Source of the DNA: Myxococcales bacterium
GTDB lineage: Bacteria; Myxococcota_A; Polyangia; Polyangiales; Polyangiaceae
Length of the DNA stretch: 64,000 bases
Direction: 5' to 3'
NCBI GenBank assembly: GCA_016706225.1
Contig: JADJKB010000022.1
Location: 192,689 to 256,688 of the forward strand
The notes beneath the pieces are model-generated. The model saw nothing but the letters and a program-made list of their open reading frames with translations, was not told the origin of the DNA and made no database searches. The position numbers were made by a program, and so were the translations under genes. Positions 61,241-64,000 of this stretch are shown piece by piece. How positions within the stretch are numbered: position 1 is the stretch's first letter; each line of letters opens with the position of its first letter.

Positions 61241-63367
61241 TCACTTCGTCACACAGTAGCCCGGGTTCGACTTGGTGTTGCAAGCCTCCGTACTGCTGCA
61301 GCTGTTTGCCGCGCAGCAGAGGCCGTCCACACAGGCCACGCCGCTCGCGCAGTCGGCGGCGGTCGTGCAGGGATTGCCGAGTGTGTAGTACTCCCAGGTC
61401 TCGTTCGCGCACGCACTCTGGTAGCCCGCGTAGAACAGGACGCTGCGTCGGCGCACCGGATCGTACGCCATGGTGTCGGCGAAGCTGGAGTTCTTCGCGG
61501 GCCCGGTGGCGGTCCGCGTCCAGGTGGTCCCATCCCACTCCCAGGTGTCGGCGAGTGGGCTCTGCGCCGCGTTGACCACGCCGTGGCCGAAAGCGACGAT
61601 CGTGCGACCGCGCACCGAATCGAAGGCACTCGACGCGCCGAAGCGCGCCGGGGGCGCCGACGCAGTCGTCTTGTCGATCCAGCTCGACCCGGTCCACTCC
61701 CAGGTTTCGGCGACCGCCTTGGTGCCATCGTTGACGTCCGTCGTGCCCCCGAACAGCACCGAGCGGGTCCGCGCGCTGTCGTACTCGAAGGTCGGAGCTG
61801 CCCACGCGCCCGGCGCCGGGTTCACTGCGGGCTGCGTCCACAGCGTGCCATTCCATTGAGCCGTGTTGGTCAAGTAGGAGAAGTAGTTGGTGCCGCCGAA
61901 CAGCGTCAGATTTCCCGCCGAAGCGCCGCCGTGAAAGGTCATGCCCATGCGCGCCCGCGCGACCGAAGCGCTCGACGAGTGTTTGGTCCAGACGCCTGCC
62001 TTGAGCGACCACGTTTCGTCGAAGAAGATCGTGGGGCCGAGGGTGCCGCCCCCAGCTAGCACCAGCGCCTGTAGACCGGAATCGTAGGCGAGGGCTGGCG
62101 CCCAGCGACCGCTCGGCGCGGCTCCCGCGCTGGGGGTGATGTCCTTCCAAGTCGATCCATCCCAGACCCAGACGTCAGCCAGGAGCCCAGTCCCGCATCC
62201 ATCTTTGCTGCCACCAAAGACAACGACGCCTCCCGCGCCGGGATCGTAGGCGACCGCAGGTCCCCAGCGCGGGGGTGGCGGTGACGCCGGCGCGACGTTC
62301 TGCCAGATGCCGATGGGAACCGGCACGCATTTGTCAGCCGTGCACTTGCCGTTCGACCCGTCGCCGCACTCGGCGGTCAGCTTGCACCCCTGGCCCCAGC
62401 CACATTTTGCGCTGCACGAGCCGCCGCAATCCACGTCCGTCTCGTCCCCGTTCTTCTTGGTGTCGTTGCAATCGGGGGCCTTGCACTTCTTGCTCGTTGG
62501 GTCGCAGACCTGGCTCGTGCAGTCCGCGTCGACCAGACAAGCCTGGGTTGGATCGCACTTCTTGGTGCACGACCCGCCGCAGTCCACGTCGGTCTCGTCC
62601 GCGTTCTGCTTGGTGTCGCTGCAGTCGGGGGCCTTGCAGGTGAGGAGAGTCGCGTCGCACAGCTGACTCGTGCAATCCGCGCCGGCCGCACAACCCTCGC
62701 CGGTACCGCACTTCTTGGTGCATGACCCGCCGCAGTCCTTGTCCGTCTCGTCGCCATTCTTCGAACCGTCGGTGCAGGTCGGAGCGGCGCAGAACCCACT
62801 CGCGCAGGACACCGTCTCACAGTCCGTCGGCGCCACACATTTGGCGCCGAGCTTGCACTTCGTGGGACAGCTGCCACCGCAATCCGTGTCCGTCTCGTCA
62901 CCGTTCATCACCAGATCGATGCAGCTCGGAGTGTCGCACTTGCCGAGCGTGCAGACCTTGCTCACGCAGTCCGCCGGCCCCCCGCAGCTCATGCTCGCAG
63001 CGCACGGCGGGCAGGAGCCGCCGCAGTCCACGTCGGTCTCGTCGCCGTTCTTCGATTGGTCCGTGCACGACGGGCCGGCGTCCGCGCCACCGGCACCGGC
63101 CGCGCCGCCGGTGCTGCCGCCACTGCCCGCCGCACCCCCCGTGCTGCCGCCACTGCCTGCGGCACCACCCGTGCTGCCGCCACTACCCGCTGCGCCACCC
63201 GTGTTGCCCCCGCTGCCCCCGCCCGCCGCCGCGCCGCCGGTCCCGGCGGTTCCCCCGCCGGCTGCAGCCCCGCCGGTGCCCGCCGTGCCGCCCGACGACG
63301 TGACTGTGGTGTTCTCGGAGCTGCATCCCAGAGCAAGCAGGAACACGGCAAAGTGAAGGGGGCGCAT
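61241..63367 (-). CDS. lipoprotein with five NGDETDxDCGGSC Cys-rich modules, a Kelch-like beta-propeller and a Cys-rich C-terminus
   Basis: Lipobox LLALGC. GGAAGSGGST linker repeats. Five modules of about 50 aa. At least five repeats of the type Y-D-x-x-x-x-x-V-L-F-G-G ... W-x-W-D-G-x-x-W. C-terminal CTTAADCASGVACVDGLCCAANSC. Confidence 0.8.
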   Translation of the reverse strand: MRPLHFAVFLLALGCSSENTTVTSSGGTAGTGGAAAGGGTAGTGGAAAGGGSGGNTGGAAGSGGSTGGAAGSGGSTGGAAGSGGSTGGAAGAGGADAGPSCTDQSKNGDETDVDCGGSCPPCAASMSCGGPADCVSKVCTLGKCDTPSCIDLVMNGDETDTDCGGSCPTKCKLGAKCVAPTDCETVSCASGFCAAPTCTDGSKNGDETDKDCGGSCTKKCGTGEGCAAGADCTSQLCDATLLTCKAPDCSDTKQNADETDVDCGGSCTKKCDPTQACLVDADCTSQVCDPTSKKCKAPDCNDTKKNGDETDVDCGGSCSAKCGWGQGCKLTAECGDGSNGKCTADKCVPVPIGIWQNVAPASPPPPRWGPAVAYDPGAGGVVVFGGSKDGCGTGLLADVWVWDGSTWKDITPSAGAAPSGRWAPALAYDSGLQALVLAGGGTLGPTIFFDETWSLKAGVWTKHSSSASVARARMGMTFHGGASAGNLTLFGGTNYFSYLTNTAQWNGTLWTQPAVNPAPGAWAAPTFEYDSARTRSVLFGGTTDVNDGTKAVAETWEWTGSSWIDKTTASAPPARFGASSAFDSVRGRTIVAFGHGVVNAAQSPLADTWEWDGTTWTRTATGPAKNSSFADTMAYDPVRRRSVLFYAGYQSACANETWEYYTLGNPCTTAADCASGVACVDGLCCAANSCSSTEACNTKSNPGYCVTK
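62321..63067 (-). repeat. five tandem coding modules of 48-51 aa (C-x-D-x-x-x-N-G-D-E-T-D-x-D-C-G-G-S-C ...)
   Basis: The modules start CTDQSKNGDETDVDCGGSC, CIDLVMNGDETDTDCGGSC, CTDGSKNGDETDKDCGGSC, CSDTKQNADETDVDCGGSC and CNDTKKNGDETDVDCGGSC. Confidence 0.9.
63111..63220 (-). repeat. three and a half tandem 30-nt coding repeats (GGAAGSGGST)
   Basis: gtgctgccgccactgcccgccgcacccccc and two close variants lie at 63111-63200, with a partial fourth copy. Confidence 0.85.
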
Positions 63368-63485
63368 CGACCACAGGCTAGCGAGTTGGCAAGCGGGCGC
63401 AAGAGTCCACCGGCGCTTGGGCTCGCGGCGCTAGTTCAATGTCCGCTCGGCGCCCGCTTCCATCCCGGGTGCACGTCAGGGACTG

Positions 63486-64000
63486 CTACTCTTTGCAGCG
63501 TTCGAGCTCGGCGCGCTCGACGACGATCTTCGCTTCGGGAACGAGCGTGAGCCACCGCTGTTGAGGCAGCTCGATGGGCACGAAGCGCTCGGGTTTGGGC
63601 TTCCTCGCCCGCGGGTCGGGAGGCTCCGCGGGCGCGTCGACCCTGCGAAATGCGCTGCCCGCGTTCAACTTGCCGACGCGGACACGCTCCGCACCGAGTT
63701 GCACGATCAGGGACAGATCTTTGGCGCAGCTGTCGCCGCGAACGGTGGAAAAACTCCGGCCGTAGCCGGCGCCGTACCCGCCATACCCCACCCCCGCCCA
63801 CGTCTGCGTGCCGAGGTCGCTCGAGCTCACCCAGCCCGCGACCACGAACAGCGGCGTGTCGTGCATGATGTGAGTCATCGACCCGCGCACCTCGAGCACC
63901 TCGACCTCGACGCCCTGCTCGAGCTCTGCCGAAGGTTTCGCCGTGAGATTGCGCCGGATCGGAGCTCCGTCCCGAGAGACCCAGAGCTTGGGCAGCTTGG
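63486..64000 (-). CDS. hypothetical protein, N-terminus outside the window
   Basis: The frame stays open from the listed GTG at 63899 to the window edge. High GC3. No family recognised. Confidence 0.45.
   Translation of the reverse strand, partial: KLPKLWVSRDGAPIRRNLTAKPSAELEQGVEVEVLEVRGSMTHIMHDTPLFVVAGWVSSSDLGTQTWAGVGYGGYGAGYGRSFSTVRGDSCAKDLSLIVQLGAERVRVGKLNAGSAFRRVDAPAEPPDPRARKPKPERFVPIELPQQRWLTLVPEAKIVVERAELERCKE

Noticed and set aside
61230-62150. N-terminal 307 codons of the listed 933-aa ORF (59349-62150)
   Set aside because: They overlap the Kelch/Cys-module gene in a different frame. The ATG at 61229 gives a lipoprotein signal peptide 9 nt after that gene's stop.
1-64000. Mobile elements, prophage, tRNA or rRNA genes, CRISPR arrays and toxin-antitoxin or restriction-type defence genes
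   Set aside because: No transposase, integrase, recombinase, phage structural protein, cloverleaf-like intergenic sequence or spacer-containing repeat array was seen on either strand. Apart from a few short AT-rich regulatory patches, composition appears uniformly GC-rich.

Overview
The window is a very GC-rich, gene-dense chromosomal segment with about 57 supportable CDS and short intergenic regions. Many stop and start codons overlap. I found no rRNA, tRNA, CRISPR array, transposase, integrase or phage gene. It looks like core or shell chromosome rather than a mobile island.

The gene content suggests a Myxococcota genome, possibly Sorangiineae or Polyangiales-like. This is inference only. 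It rests on a CdnL-type CarD regulator, a stand-alone nuoABCD block, many lipoproteins with a Gly/Ser linker after the lipobox, Cys-rich repeat proteins, and REC-DUF4388 and GAF signalling proteins.

Recognisable content:
- A 5'-truncated alpha-2-macroglobulin gene coupled to a GH13 lipoprotein.
- nuoABCD.
- A small TetR-ended operon behind a tandem palindromic operator.
- Two large Cys-rich repeat lipoproteins.
- A CUT2-type sugar ABC transporter that heads an 8-kb chain of mostly coupled genes.
- A response regulator, histidine kinase and GAF locus.
- Five GT-C-fold (ArnT/PMT-like) membrane proteins in two clusters.
- ihfB-like, tyrS, cdnL and a PduO-type adenosyltransferase.
- An M19 dipeptidase, an M50 protease and a half-size UPF0016 gene.
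- A PNPOx-like / five-haem cytochrome c / lipoprotein operon divergent from a MocR regulator.

The best candidate for something undescribed is the minus-strand operon at 48431-52022. It encodes a bicupin, then a Zn-ribbon membrane protein with a degenerate Toprim-like segment and a C-terminal GGSADF repeat tail, then an asparagine-synthetase homologue lacking the N-terminal Cys nucleophile.

All family calls come from motif recognition by eye and from third-codon-position G/C patterns. No database search was possible. Start codons are often uncertain because GTG and TTG starts and long spurious mirror ORFs are common in this composition.
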